From assembly GCA_965224245.1 (NCBI GenBank), contig OZ245046.1, positions 3,328,001-3,392,000 on the forward strand: DNA of 64,000 nt, in the 5' to 3' direction. Position 1 is the first letter of the stretch; each line of letters opens with the position of its first letter. The notes under the pieces are model-generated. The model had not been told where the DNA came from, made no database searches, and saw only the letters and a program-made list of their open reading frames with translations. Positions 1 to 9,929 of the stretch are shown piece after piece. The position numbers and the translations under genes were made by a program. This DNA is from Candidatus Eiseniibacteriota bacterium. GTDB lineage: Bacteria; Eisenbacteria; RBG-16-71-46; CAZAMP01.

Positions 1-169
1 AAGATCCGGGGACGCTCGGCCCGCCCTCGGCCAAACGGCTCGGGAGAACGATCCTCGGATCGCTTCTCGTGGTAGCGATCGAGCCGGCCTGACGCGCGGG
101 CGCCGGACGGTCCGGACGCGGTCGATCTCGACGTGTCGGGTTTGCGCTTGCTCATCTCGAAAGGGATCT

Positions 170-178
170 TGCTATACT
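170..178 (+). promoter_or_regulatory. Extended -10 promoter (TGcTATACT) 7 nt upstream of the ku start; probable leaderless transcript
   Basis: TG at 170-171, TATACT at 173-178, ATG at 186, no Shine-Dalgarno in between. Confidence 0.6.
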
Positions 179-185
179 CGGCCGC

Positions 186-1070
186 ATGGCGCCAAGACCC
201 GTTGCAACGGCCACGATCTCGTTCGGGCTCGTGTCGATCCCGGTGAAGCTCTTCACGTCCACGAAGACGGCCGACGCGATCTCGTTCCGGATGCTGCACG
301 ACACGTGCAAAGGCCCCGTCAAGTACCAGTACTACTGTCCCGTCGACGACGAGGTGGTCGCCCGCGACGACATCGTCAAGGGGTACGAGTACGCCAAGGA
401 TCAGTATGTCGTCGTGACGGCCGACGAGCTGAAGGCGATGGAGGAGGCCGCGACCAAGGCGATCGCGATCGAGGAGTTCGTCCCGGTATCGGCCATCGAC
501 GGGGTCTACTACGACAAGGCCTACTACGTCGCCCCCGACAAGGGCGGCGCACGCGCGTATCAGCTCCTGGCCACGGCGCTGGCCCAGGAGGGCCTCGGCG
601 GGCTGGCCCGCTACGCCGCGCGCGGCAAGGCGTACCTCGTCGTGCTGCGCCCGGTCGAGGGCGGGCTCGTCATGCAGCAGCTCCGCTACCGGCACGAGGT
701 GCGCGACATCTCCGAGGTCGAGATCGACGAGGCCACGGGCATCAAGGACGCCGAGCTCCAGCTCGCGCTGCAGCTCATCTCACAATCGGTCTCCCAGGAG
801 TTCAAGCCCGAGAACTACTTCGACGACGTCCACGTCCGCATGCAGGAGTTCATCCAGCAGAAGGTCGAGGGCCAGGAGATCGTGATGCCGGCCGCCGAGT
901 CCCCCAAGGCGCAGGTCATCGACCTGATGGCGGCCCTCAAGGCCAGCCTCGGCGCGGACGACGACTCCGCCTCCGCCGGCAAGCCGGCCGCGGAGAAGAA
1001 GCCGGCCAAGAAGAAGGCGGCCAAGAAGAAGGCCGCCCCTCGAGCCAGGAAGAAGGCATCCTCGGGCTGA
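186..1070 (+). CDS. ku: Non-homologous end-joining protein Ku
   Basis: ISFGLVSIPVKL, IVKGYEY, IEEFVP, YYDKAYYVAP and VIDLMAALKASL motifs; Lys/Ala-rich C-terminal tail. Confidence 0.95.
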   Translation: MAPRPVATATISFGLVSIPVKLFTSTKTADAISFRMLHDTCKGPVKYQYYCPVDDEVVARDDIVKGYEYAKDQYVVVTADELKAMEEAATKAIAIEEFVPVSAIDGVYYDKAYYVAPDKGGARAYQLLATALAQEGLGGLARYAARGKAYLVVLRPVEGGLVMQQLRYRHEVRDISEVEIDEATGIKDAELQLALQLISQSVSQEFKPENYFDDVHVRMQEFIQQKVEGQEIVMPAAESPKAQVIDLMAALKASLGADDDSASAGKPAAEKKPAKKKAAKKKAAPRARKKASSG

Positions 1071-1169
1071 CCCTCCCGCCGCCCCCCACGTGTGGACAGC
1101 GGCTCGGTGCTTCCGTAGACTGCGCCTCGATCCAGACCCCCGACTCCCGGCGATGCCAAGGATGGCGCG

Positions 1170-2246
1170 GTGTCCGACGCCGATCTTCACCCCACGCCCG
1201 CATCTTCGGACGTGACGCTTGCCGAGGCCGCGCGCGCACTGTCGCTGCCGCCGGACGCGGTGCGCGAGCTCGTCCGCGAGCATCTCGGCGACGCGCTGGG
1301 CGCTCGCGCCGGCACGACGCTGTCGCCGGCCGAGCTGAACATCCTCCGGCTGGCCGCGACGTTGTCGGGCCACATGCCGCGGCACCGGATCCGGCGCGCC
1401 ATCCGGAATCTCGTCGAGCAGCTCGGCGATCCCTCGGACGTGGACGTGGACGCGGACGGCGAGACCGTCGTCGCGCGCGAGGGCGATGCCCGGTGGCTCC
1501 CCGAGTCCGGCCAGACGTTGCTCCCGCTCCACGACGACGACGCCCCGCGCGATCCGGCCCATGCCCCCGCTCTCACGCCGATCTCACCGATCTCGCCGGC
1601 TCAGGGCTCCGGCGCGGGCGATACGGCGGACGCCGTCCCGGGGCGTGGGCTTCGCGGGGCGCGGGCCGGCGAGGCCGGGCCCGCCGCCTCCCGATCCGGG
1701 GCCGCGAGGGGCGCCGTCGCTCCCCGCCCCCCGCTGGCCAAGATCACGCCGCTCTTCCCCGACGCCGAGCGCGAGCCCGCGGGCACGGGCGTCACGGATC
1801 GCGACGGCACGAGCGACCAGGCACTCGAGTGCTTCGCGCTCGCCTGCGAGGCCGAGGCCGACGATCCCCGCGCCGCGAGGCGTCTCTACCTGCAGGCGAT
1901 CAAGTCCGATCCGTCCCTGTCCGACGCGCACGTGAACCTGGGGCGCCTGTTTCACGAGGCCGGCGAGGTCAGGGAAGCCGAGCGACACTACCGCTTCGCG
2001 CTCGCCACGACCCCCGACGACGTCGTGGCGGCGTTCAACCTCGCGGTGCTGTTTCAGGACCTGGGGCGCAAGAAGGACGCACTCGCCGCCTACATCGAGA
2101 CGCTGGAGATCGACCCCGACTACGCGGACGCGCACTACAACCTGGCCCGGCTGCACGAGCAGATGGGCCACCGCCGACATGCGCTGAAGCACTTCCAGAT
2201 CTACCGCACGCTCGTCGACGAGGTGGATCCGGCGGACACCGACTGA
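1170..2246 (+). CDS. TPR protein with N-terminal MerR-like helix-turn-helix
   Basis: N-terminal TLAEAARALSLPPDAVRELVR; C-terminal TPRs (DAHVNLGRLFHE, AAFNLAVLFQD, DAHYNLARLHEQ); Pro/Ala/Gly linker; GTG start uncertain. Confidence 0.8.
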   Translation: MSDADLHPTPASSDVTLAEAARALSLPPDAVRELVREHLGDALGARAGTTLSPAELNILRLAATLSGHMPRHRIRRAIRNLVEQLGDPSDVDVDADGETVVAREGDARWLPESGQTLLPLHDDDAPRDPAHAPALTPISPISPAQGSGAGDTADAVPGRGLRGARAGEAGPAASRSGAARGAVAPRPPLAKITPLFPDAEREPAGTGVTDRDGTSDQALECFALACEAEADDPRAARRLYLQAIKSDPSLSDAHVNLGRLFHEAGEVREAERHYRFALATTPDDVVAAFNLAVLFQDLGRKKDALAAYIETLEIDPDYADAHYNLARLHEQMGHRRHALKHFQIYRTLVDEVDPADTD

Positions 2247-2271
2247 CGCGATCGGGTCGTGCGGCCCCCGA

Positions 2272-2850
2272 TCACCCGCGCTCGGAGACCGGCTCGGATT
2301 CCTCGCGCAGGTGGCGCGCGATGTAGGGTACCTGGGCCAGCGAGAACAGCAGCGTCAGGCTGGTCAGTCCGACGACCTTGAACGTGACCCAGCGACTCGT
2401 CCGTACCTCGGGGTCCAGATCCGCGCCGTAGTAGAACGCGACGTACACGTTGAGCGCGCCGAGGACCAGGAAGAAGAGCGCCCAGTTCGTGTTCAGGCGC
2501 CTCCAGACGGCGTCGGTCAGGTTCATCTGAGATCCCAGGAGACGCTGGACCGCCGGACGCGTCCCGAACAGCTGACTGCCGAGGAGCACCGCCGCGAACA
2601 GCCAGTTCACGATCGTGGGCTTCCACTTGATGAACGTGTCGTCGTGCAGGGCGAGGGTCAGCCCCCCGAAGACCACGATCACGCCGAGCGTGATCAGGTG
2701 CATGGGCTCGTTGCGCCCGTGCTTCGCCCGATGGACCGTCACCTGCGCCAGCGAGGCCGCGATCGCCACGCCGGTCGCGACGTAGATGTCGAAGATCCGA
2801 AAGGCGACGAAGAACAGGATGAGCGGGAACAGATCGAACACGAGCTTCAT
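2272..2850 (-). CDS. yciB: Inner membrane protein YciB / intracellular septation protein A
   Basis: MKLVFDLFPLILFF, FGGLTLALHDDTFIKWKPTIVNWLFA, WVTFKV. Confidence 0.93.
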   Translation of the reverse strand: MKLVFDLFPLILFFVAFRIFDIYVATGVAIAASLAQVTVHRAKHGRNEPMHLITLGVIVVFGGLTLALHDDTFIKWKPTIVNWLFAAVLLGSQLFGTRPAVQRLLGSQMNLTDAVWRRLNTNWALFFLVLGALNVYVAFYYGADLDPEVRTSRWVTFKVVGLTSLTLLFSLAQVPYIARHLREESEPVSERG

Positions 2851-3056
2851 GCGGACACTCCGGGATCGAGAGGCCGGTCGCGACCGGAGACTCTACCACA
2901 CCGGGCCGCTCCCGATATCCCGCGCATCGTGGCCACGCGTGTCCTCCGACGGAGCGCTCGCGGGGCGGGACGCGAGGGGGTTGCCAGAACCGGGCCGAGG
3001 CCCCAGAATCGAGCGCGTCTTCGACGATCATCGGCGTCTATCCCGGGAGGTCTCAC

Positions 3057-4412
3057 GTGCGCCTTCGCCGCTTTGCCCTGTTTCTGGCCGTCGCCATCGC
3101 CGCCATACCCCTCACGTCGGCCCTCGGTGCGCCGGGTGACCGCACGTGGCTGCGAACGTTCGAGGAGGACTTCTACAACTGGGCAACGCCGCACGAGGCG
3201 ACGTTCGAGTTCCCCGACGGCTCGGTCAACTACTCGCGCATCCTCCTTCACTACACGATCGCGTGTCCGGGCGCCCCGGCCGACTGCGATCCCTGGGATC
3301 GGATCGGCTACCTTCAGGTGGTCCGCGAGACCGAGCCGGACGTGTTTGACAACGTCGAGATCGCGCGCATCATCACGCCGTACGACATCACCGGGGGATC
3401 CCGGCCGGGCACGTGCACGTGGACGCTGGACGTCAGCGACTACGAGCCGTTGCTCCAGGGGACGGTCACGCTCCGGAACTACATCGAGAGCTGGATCGGT
3501 GACGAGCGCGGGTGGCTGGTCACGATCGACTTCGAGTTCGTGGAAGGCGAGTGGGTCGTGGAGCCGGTCGAGATCGTCAACCTGTGGAATCAGTACTACG
3601 CCGTCTACGGGGATCCGGATCGGCCGATCGAGGATCACCTCCAGCCCCTCGACGTCGACATTCCCGCCGGCGCCGCGGCGGCCAAGGTACGCGTGATCAC
3701 GACCGGACACGGGCAGGGCAACACGGCCAACTGCGCCGAGTTCTGCAGTCGAGAGCACACCATCGTGGCCGGCGCCGACAGCTTCAGCCGGGACAACTGG
3801 CGCTCGGACTGTGAGCTCAACACGTGCAGCCCGCAAGGCGGCACGTGGGCGCTGGATCGCGCGGGCTGGTGTCCCGGGGATGGGGTGCGTCCCTGGGAGA
3901 TCGACGTGTCCGGTTCGATCGTGCCGGGCGGGACGGTGACGTTCGACTACGACCTCGAGCCGTACGAGAACTTCTGCCGACCCACCAACCCGGACTGCGT
4001 GGACGGCGTCACGTGCGCCGACTGCGACTACAACTTCACCGGCCACACCGAGCCCCATCAGGCCATCGCGAGTCAGCTGATCATCTACGAGACGGGAACG
4101 GTCGTGGGCGTGGACGATGCCGCCGCGGGCGCCCCCGACATCGTCGTGAACCCGAACAGCCCGAACCCGTTCAATCCCCGGACCACGATCTCGTACACGC
4201 TCGCGTCGGCCGAGACGGTGACGCTCGTGATCCTGGACGCGGGCGGACGCGAGGTCCGGCACATCACGCGCTCACACGACGCACCCGGGAAGCACCGGGT
4301 CAGCTGGAACGGACGCGACGACGCGGGGCGTGTGCTGCCCACCGGGGTGTATTTCTACGAGGTGCGCGGCTCGTCGGTCAGCGGTCGCCGGAAGATGGTG
4401 CTGTTGAAATAG
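3057..4412 (+). CDS. Secreted peptide-N-glycosidase F-related protein with FlgD-Ig/T9SS-like C-terminal domain
   Basis: Signal peptide; CDPWDR, EIARIITPY, TGHGQG..NCAEFC, RAGWCPG motifs; C-terminal PNPFNPRTTISY...WNGRDDAG...GVYF...KMVLLK. Confidence 0.85.
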   Translation: MRLRRFALFLAVAIAAIPLTSALGAPGDRTWLRTFEEDFYNWATPHEATFEFPDGSVNYSRILLHYTIACPGAPADCDPWDRIGYLQVVRETEPDVFDNVEIARIITPYDITGGSRPGTCTWTLDVSDYEPLLQGTVTLRNYIESWIGDERGWLVTIDFEFVEGEWVVEPVEIVNLWNQYYAVYGDPDRPIEDHLQPLDVDIPAGAAAAKVRVITTGHGQGNTANCAEFCSREHTIVAGADSFSRDNWRSDCELNTCSPQGGTWALDRAGWCPGDGVRPWEIDVSGSIVPGGTVTFDYDLEPYENFCRPTNPDCVDGVTCADCDYNFTGHTEPHQAIASQLIIYETGTVVGVDDAAAGAPDIVVNPNSPNPFNPRTTISYTLASAETVTLVILDAGGREVRHITRSHDAPGKHRVSWNGRDDAGRVLPTGVYFYEVRGSSVSGRRKMVLLK

Positions 4413-4426
4413 GCCGGAGGGCTCCA

Positions 4427-5998
4427 TCACGCATCGGCGTGGCCCCCGGCGTCCGCGCCGTCGGCGGCGCGGCTCACCTCGATGCCGTGTGCATCGGCGG
4501 CGCGGCGGGCCTCGGCGGCGACGAAGTCCGGGTTGTCGCCTGCCCGTTCCCGGACGAGCGCGCGCAGCTCGGCGTCCACTGCCGATGCCGGAAGATCGGC
4601 GATCGCCTCACAGGCCGCGGCTCGTCCCCAGGGATGCACGTCGCGGGCCGCGCGCTTGACCAGCTCGACCGCCTCGGGCGTGGCCAGGCGTCCCATCGCG
4701 GCCACCACGATCGCATAGAGCCGATGCTCCCGGTCGTCCAGGCCGGCGCGGCTCTCGCGCCGCATCGGAGCCTCGCGACGGGCCTCGAGATCCACGAGCG
4801 ACGGAAGCAGCTCGCGGAGCGCATCGAGGCCCTCCGGCGCCCCGAGCGCGGCCGCGACGTGGGCGGCGTGTACGTCACCGGTCTCCGCCACGAGCTCCAC
4901 GATCCGGGGGACGAACACGGTCAGACGCTGTCCCTCGATCACGTGGAGGGCGAGCGAGCGCGTGTGCGGATCCGCCAGCGCGCGTGCGACCGTGTCGGGG
5001 TCGACGCGTTCGGCGGCGAGTCGTCCGATCTCGTCCCGCCGCCAGTCCCGATCGGGCATCCCCTCCGACGAGGCGTCCTCCAGGAACTCCACCAGTGCCT
5101 GCAGCGCCGACGCGACCTGGATGCTCGGCGCGGATCGTCTGAGCAGACGAACGTAGCGCCGGTAGAGGTTCTCCACCGCCGAGCCCCAGCGCTCGGCTGG
5201 ATAGCCGTCGCTGTCGTAGAGCAGCGTGTTCATCAGCATGATGACCGCGTCCCGGACCCGGGGATCGTGTTCGGCCGTCTCGCACACCGCGGCGAGATCG
5301 GCGTCGAGCGCGAGGGGCACGCCGAGCTCGGCCTTGATGCCGCGCTCCATCGCGTGCACGACCAGGAGCGTGCTGCGATCGGTCGACCCGGCGTGCTCGG
5401 ACTCGGCCAGGAGCCCACGCACGAGGTGGCCCAGGGCATAGCCCGACACCCTCGGTACGAGCCCGTAGAGGTCGTCGATCACGTCCGGCACGCGCTCGGC
5501 GATCGCACGGAGCGGCGGCACGGCATAGCGCGTGAACTCGGGATGCCGCGCAAAGAGGAGCAGGTCGGCGATCTGCGCCTCGGTCGGGTGCAGACATCCG
5601 AGGAGGATGCCCCACTTGACCGACTCCTCGTTCGCGCTCGCGCGGGCGGTCTCCCAGAATCGCGCCGACGTCTCGACGCGGACCTGGTCGGGCTCCAACG
5701 CCTCCAGGAACGGTCGAAGCGCGCCGGCGATGCGGACCTCGCGCAGTCGCTGGTCGATGGCGCGCCAGGACGTGACGCGCCCGTGCTCGACGTCGTCGAG
5801 CACGCGGCGCGCGAGGTCGGTCGCTTCGGCGGTGTCGGGTGCACCGGCCGCCATCGCGTCGCGCACGCCCGGGAGCACGGGGCGATCGTCGTCACCGACC
5901 GACATCGGCGTGGCCCACGAGATCAGGAGCGCGGTCGGGATCGGGGCATCCGGACGCTCGGCGACGGCGGCGGCGATCCTGGCCAGAAAGGACGACAC
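4427..5998 (-). CDS. Hypothetical alpha-solenoid (HEAT/ARM-like) protein
   Basis: Protein-like 3' part of ORF 4427..7906; GTG at 5998 lies 5 nt after the kinase stop; HEAT-like C-terminus (AVELVKRAARDVHPWGRAAACEAIADL). Confidence 0.7.
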   Translation of the reverse strand: MSSFLARIAAAVAERPDAPIPTALLISWATPMSVGDDDRPVLPGVRDAMAAGAPDTAEATDLARRVLDDVEHGRVTSWRAIDQRLREVRIAGALRPFLEALEPDQVRVETSARFWETARASANEESVKWGILLGCLHPTEAQIADLLLFARHPEFTRYAVPPLRAIAERVPDVIDDLYGLVPRVSGYALGHLVRGLLAESEHAGSTDRSTLLVVHAMERGIKAELGVPLALDADLAAVCETAEHDPRVRDAVIMLMNTLLYDSDGYPAERWGSAVENLYRRYVRLLRRSAPSIQVASALQALVEFLEDASSEGMPDRDWRRDEIGRLAAERVDPDTVARALADPHTRSLALHVIEGQRLTVFVPRIVELVAETGDVHAAHVAAALGAPEGLDALRELLPSLVDLEARREAPMRRESRAGLDDREHRLYAIVVAAMGRLATPEAVELVKRAARDVHPWGRAAACEAIADLPASAVDAELRALVRERAGDNPDFVAAEARRAADAHGIEVSRAADGADAGGHADA

Positions 5999-6003
5999 CC
6001 CGA

Positions 6004-9000
6004 TCAGCCCTGCGACGCGGCCAGCGCCTTCCTGGCGCGTTCCAGGTCGTCGGAGATGGACGCCCGGGCGGGGACCCGATCCCTGGCGGTCTCCAGCAGC
6101 TCCACCGCTTCGGCGAATCGCCGGCGCTTCAACGCAGCCAGACCCAGCGCCTGCTCGGCCGGCGCCGCGTAGGTCGTGCCCGGCAGGCCGGGCAGCGTCG
6201 GATCGCGCTCGAGCGCGCGCGCGGCGAGGTCGGTCCCGCCGTCCACGTCGATGTCGCCGGCGATCAGGATCCAGGCCAGAAGGGACAGGTTCGTGCGGTC
6301 GGCGTCGTGGGCCAGCGCCCTGCGGGCGGCGCGCTCGGCATCGTCGTACCGCTGCTGACCGGCCAGCGCATACGCCAGGAGCTGGTACAGCCGGACGTGA
6401 TACGGGCCGTGCTCGAGCTGCAACCGCACGATCGACTCCGCATCGGCGAAGCGCTCGGTCTCGAGCGCCACCAGAACCCGACCGACCGCCGCTCGATACG
6501 AGTCGTACGAGACCGGCAAGGCGCTGCGGGCCGCCGTCTCGTATGCCACGTCCGCCTCGTCGAACGCGCGACGTGACAGCGCCAGCGAGCCCCGTGCGAG
6601 CCAGACGTCGGGGTCGTCGCCGGTGGGATCCAGCGCGCCCGCCTCGTCGATCCACGCGGCGGCGCGGTCGGCATGACCGGCGAAGAGCTCGGCCCAGGCA
6701 AAGCCCACCGGGATGGCGGCGCTCTGGCCCACCATGAGCCACCGGCGGCTGGGAGGATGATCGAACCGGTCGAGCGCGACCTCGGCGACGGAGTCGGCCG
6801 CGGCCTCGTCTCCTCGAGCCCGGAGGGCCTTGTAGAGCGACACGTACGAGCCGAGATCGTTGGGATCGTTCTCGACCGCCTCCCGCGCGGCGGTCACGGC
6901 GTCGTCGAACCGCTCGACGCGCTCGTAGAGGAGGGGCAGTGCCCCGTGCGCGTCGGTCCACTCCGCCGACGGGCTCGTCAGCACTCGCTCCGCCTCCGCG
7001 TAGTTCTGGAGGAGGATTTGCGACCAGGCCCGGCCGGCCAGTGCTTCGCCCTGGCGAGCGCTCCGGTGCTCCGTCGCGGACGCGAAGATGCTGTCCGCCA
7101 CGGCGTGATGGCCGATCGACAGATAGCCCCAGCCCACAAGGGCCGTCAGCTCCCAGCGGGACTGGTCGTCCGGGATCGTCCGGAGCCCGCGCTCGAGGTG
7201 CACCCGGGCCGAATCGAGTCGGCCCAGTCCGGTCAGGAAGTATCCCTCGAACAGATCCACGTACGGCCGGACCGTCTTCGCGGGGAGGTTCGGCCCCAGC
7301 CCGAACGAGTCCACGAACGCGTAGCCGTCGGCGAATCGACCCTCCTGGCCCAGCAGCTGGATCATGCGCTGGCGGGCGTCGGTTCCCCTGTCCTCGCGCA
7401 TGGCCTGACGCAAGAGCACCTCGCCACGCCGCTCGTCGCGGAGGGTCACGTAGAGCGCTCCGAGGCTGCGGCGGATCCCGGTCGCTCTCGGGTGATCCGG
7501 GTAGTCGTCGAGGAAGTGCTCGTACAGCGCCACCGCCCGGGGGTAGTCGCCGATGCGGCGGGCTACGTCGGCCCGGATCGCGACGAGGATCGTGTCGGTG
7601 AAGCTCGCCGGGAAGCGCTCGACGGCCTCGCGGATGGACCGGGTGACGGTGGCCGTGTCGCCGGTCGCGGTCGCGCGTGAGAGCCAGGTCTCGAAGCGTT
7701 CGACGCTCGTCGTGTCGCGCTCGAAGAGCGAACGTGCGAGCGACAGGGCCTTCTCGGGCTCCTTCCACCGATCGTAGATGTCGTACAGGTGGCGGTACGC
7801 CAGGAGGAAGTCCGGATCCAGCTCGGCCGCCCGGGTGAACGTGGCATGGGCGGCGGCGTGGTCGGGGTCGGGCTTGTGGAACTGGGCCTCGCCGAGCCCG
7901 TACCACGCGTCCTTCTGGTCGGGATACTCCTCGACCAGCGTGGAGAACGCCTCCTCGGCACGCTCGTAGTCACGTTCGACGAGCGCGAGCGTGGCCTCGG
8001 CGAAGCCGCGTTCGCGGGCGGACACGTGGGCGTCCCCCTCGAGCAGCGCGGCCAGCGGGCGCCGGGCCGACGAGGGATCGTCGCCGGCCCACCAGTGCGC
8101 GAGTGCCGAGGAGTATCGGGCCTTCGCAAACGAGGGATCGATGGTCAGCGCGGAGTCCAGCAAGGCCACCGCCACCGCGAACTCGTTGTCGTTGAGCTTC
8201 TCGCGCCCTTCCAGGTAGAGCTGGTAGGCGACCAGGGATGCGGTCGTCTTGTCGCGCACGGGGGCCGATGGCGAGACGCCCGCCTCGAGCGCGAGTCGGT
8301 CCCGGACACCGTCGGTCAGCTCGTCGACCATCGCGAACAGGTCCTCTCCGTCGATCCGACGGGACACGCGGATCGCCCCGGTCTCGATGTCGACGAGCTG
8401 GCAGGTGAGCAGCCACCGCTCGCCGAGTCGGCTGAGCGAGCCGGTGATCATCGACTGGGCGCCCGCCCGCCGGGCCACGGCGGTGGCGACGTCGGCCTGG
8501 TACACGCGGCGATCGTCCCCGGTCAGCTGCTTCTGGAGGTCGTACAGCCGCTGGCTGGACAGGACGCGCAGGTCCGGAACGTCGGCCAGGTCGGTGATGA
8601 TCAGCTCCTGCAGGATCTGCCCGTACCGCTCCGGATCGCCGGGGTCCTTCAGGTTGTCGATCAGGTGAACGGCCAGCGCGTTCGGTCCCGCGTCGGCGAC
8701 CCGGCCGCCGCCCGCACGAGAGCGCCAGCCGATGGCGAGCGCGCCCAGCAGGGCGACCAGCAGTACGGCCAGCATCAGGACCCGCGCGCCGGGGACGCTC
8801 CGCGCCGGCGCCGCCGGAGGCGCCGGTGTCAGGGAGTCGCTCGGCGCGGCCGGGCCCCCCCCCGTCGACCCCGACGTGTAGCCCTCGTGGTGGTGCCGGC
8901 CGGTCGCGTACGCCGGTGTGGACGAGAGCGAGGACGTCTCGCCGGACCCCTGGAGCTGGCGAAGATCGTGCAGCAGATCCCGGCTGGACTGATACCGGTC

Positions 9001-9810
9001 GCGGCGCCGCTTCCCGAGGCAGCGCGCGACGATGCGATCCAGCTCGATCGGAACGTCCGGGTTGAGCGCGATCGCCGGCGTGGCCGGGTCCCTGAGGATC
9101 GCCGTGATCGTGTCGGTCGTCGTCTCACCGCGAAACGGAAGCGCCCCGGTGCACATCTGGTAGAGCATGACGCCGAACGAGAAGATGTCCGAGCGGGCGT
9201 CCAGGGGCTTCCCCCTGGCTTGCTCGGGAGACATGAAAGCCGCGGTGCCGAACACCTTGCCTTCCCGGGTCAGCGTCTGCGCGACCGTGGCCATGTCCGA
9301 CACGTCGCCCGAGGACTCCGCCGCCGACTCGCCCTCGGGCTCGACGAGCTTGGCCAGCCCGAAGTCGAGTATCTTGACGTGTCCGTCGCCGGTGATCATG
9401 ACGTTGTCCGGCTTCAGATCCCGGTGGACCACCCCGGACTCGTGCGCCTTCGTCAGCCCGGACGCGATCTCGGTGGCGATCCGGACGATCTCGGACGTCG
9501 ACATCGCACCGGTGGCCAGGACCTGCCGGAGGGTCCGCCCGTCCACGTACTCCATGGCGATGAACGCCACGCCGTCCGCGTTGTCGATCTCGTGCACGGT
9601 GGCGATGTTGGGATGGGTGATGGCGGCGGCCGTGCGCGCCTCGCGGACGAAGCGCGCGAGGCGTTCGGGATCGTCCGCGACGTCCGAGTGCAGCACCTTG
9701 AGCGCGACCTGGCGCTCGAGGGCGAGGTCGCGGGCCAGATACACGACGCCCATGCCGCCCTTGCCGAGCTCGGACGTGATCTCGAAGTGGGAGAGTCTTC
9801 GACCTTCCAT
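6004..9810 (-). CDS. Hanks-type Ser/Thr protein kinase with TM helix, TolB-N/FlgO-like domain and long TPR array
   Basis: LGKGGMGVVY, VALK, HRDLKPDN, DFGLAK, GTAAFMSPEQ, SDIFSFG; TM segment VLMLAVLLVALLGALAIGW; multiple TPRs. Confidence 0.93.
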   Translation of the reverse strand: MEGRRLSHFEITSELGKGGMGVVYLARDLALERQVALKVLHSDVADDPERLARFVREARTAAAITHPNIATVHEIDNADGVAFIAMEYVDGRTLRQVLATGAMSTSEIVRIATEIASGLTKAHESGVVHRDLKPDNVMITGDGHVKILDFGLAKLVEPEGESAAESSGDVSDMATVAQTLTREGKVFGTAAFMSPEQARGKPLDARSDIFSFGVMLYQMCTGALPFRGETTTDTITAILRDPATPAIALNPDVPIELDRIVARCLGKRRRDRYQSSRDLLHDLRQLQGSGETSSLSSTPAYATGRHHHEGYTSGSTGGGPAAPSDSLTPAPPAAPARSVPGARVLMLAVLLVALLGALAIGWRSRAGGGRVADAGPNALAVHLIDNLKDPGDPERYGQILQELIITDLADVPDLRVLSSQRLYDLQKQLTGDDRRVYQADVATAVARRAGAQSMITGSLSRLGERWLLTCQLVDIETGAIRVSRRIDGEDLFAMVDELTDGVRDRLALEAGVSPSAPVRDKTTASLVAYQLYLEGREKLNDNEFAVAVALLDSALTIDPSFAKARYSSALAHWWAGDDPSSARRPLAALLEGDAHVSARERGFAEATLALVERDYERAEEAFSTLVEEYPDQKDAWYGLGEAQFHKPDPDHAAAHATFTRAAELDPDFLLAYRHLYDIYDRWKEPEKALSLARSLFERDTTSVERFETWLSRATATGDTATVTRSIREAVERFPASFTDTILVAIRADVARRIGDYPRAVALYEHFLDDYPDHPRATGIRRSLGALYVTLRDERRGEVLLRQAMREDRGTDARQRMIQLLGQEGRFADGYAFVDSFGLGPNLPAKTVRPYVDLFEGYFLTGLGRLDSARVHLERGLRTIPDDQSRWELTALVGWGYLSIGHHAVADSIFASATEHRSARQGEALAGRAWSQILLQNYAEAERVLTSPSAEWTDAHGALPLLYERVERFDDAVTAAREAVENDPNDLGSYVSLYKALRARGDEAAADSVAEVALDRFDHPPSRRWLMVGQSAAIPVGFAWAELFAGHADRAAAWIDEAGALDPTGDDPDVWLARGSLALSRRAFDEADVAYETAARSALPVSYDSYRAAVGRVLVALETERFADAESIVRLQLEHGPYHVRLYQLLAYALAGQQRYDDAERAARRALAHDADRTNLSLLAWILIAGDIDVDGGTDLAARALERDPTLPGLPGTTYAAPAEQALGLAALKRRRFAEAVELLETARDRVPARASISDDLERARKALAASQG

Positions 9811-9929
9811 TCACCCATCCTGACCGGCGCGGCTTCCCGGTCGCTGGAGACGCTACTTCCGCATACTACATCGCGGGCGGGCCCGTTGCTCGAACTCCCG
9901 GGAGCGGCGCGTATTCGGGATTCACGTGT

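Noticed and set aside
975-1060. AAGAAG-rich tandem-like repeats
   Set aside because: They encode the ordinary Lys/Ala-rich Ku tail; not a CRISPR or DNA repeat element.
305-2326. 673-aa ORF and similar long Arg/Gly/Pro-rich ORFs (3824-6172, 7789-9951, 28753-31839, 39293-42016, 44160-46565, 55100-58003, 57958-61053)
   Set aside because: Alternate-frame or antisense shadows of well-supported genes, expected at this GC content; no motifs.
5999-7906. Long N-terminal extensions in the ORF track (also 12660-13307, 19782-22181, 24097-24906, 30375-31889, 35265-35819, 54741-55757)
   Set aside because: They overlap other real genes; starts were reassigned from RBS, signal peptides and domain boundaries. 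Not true fusions.
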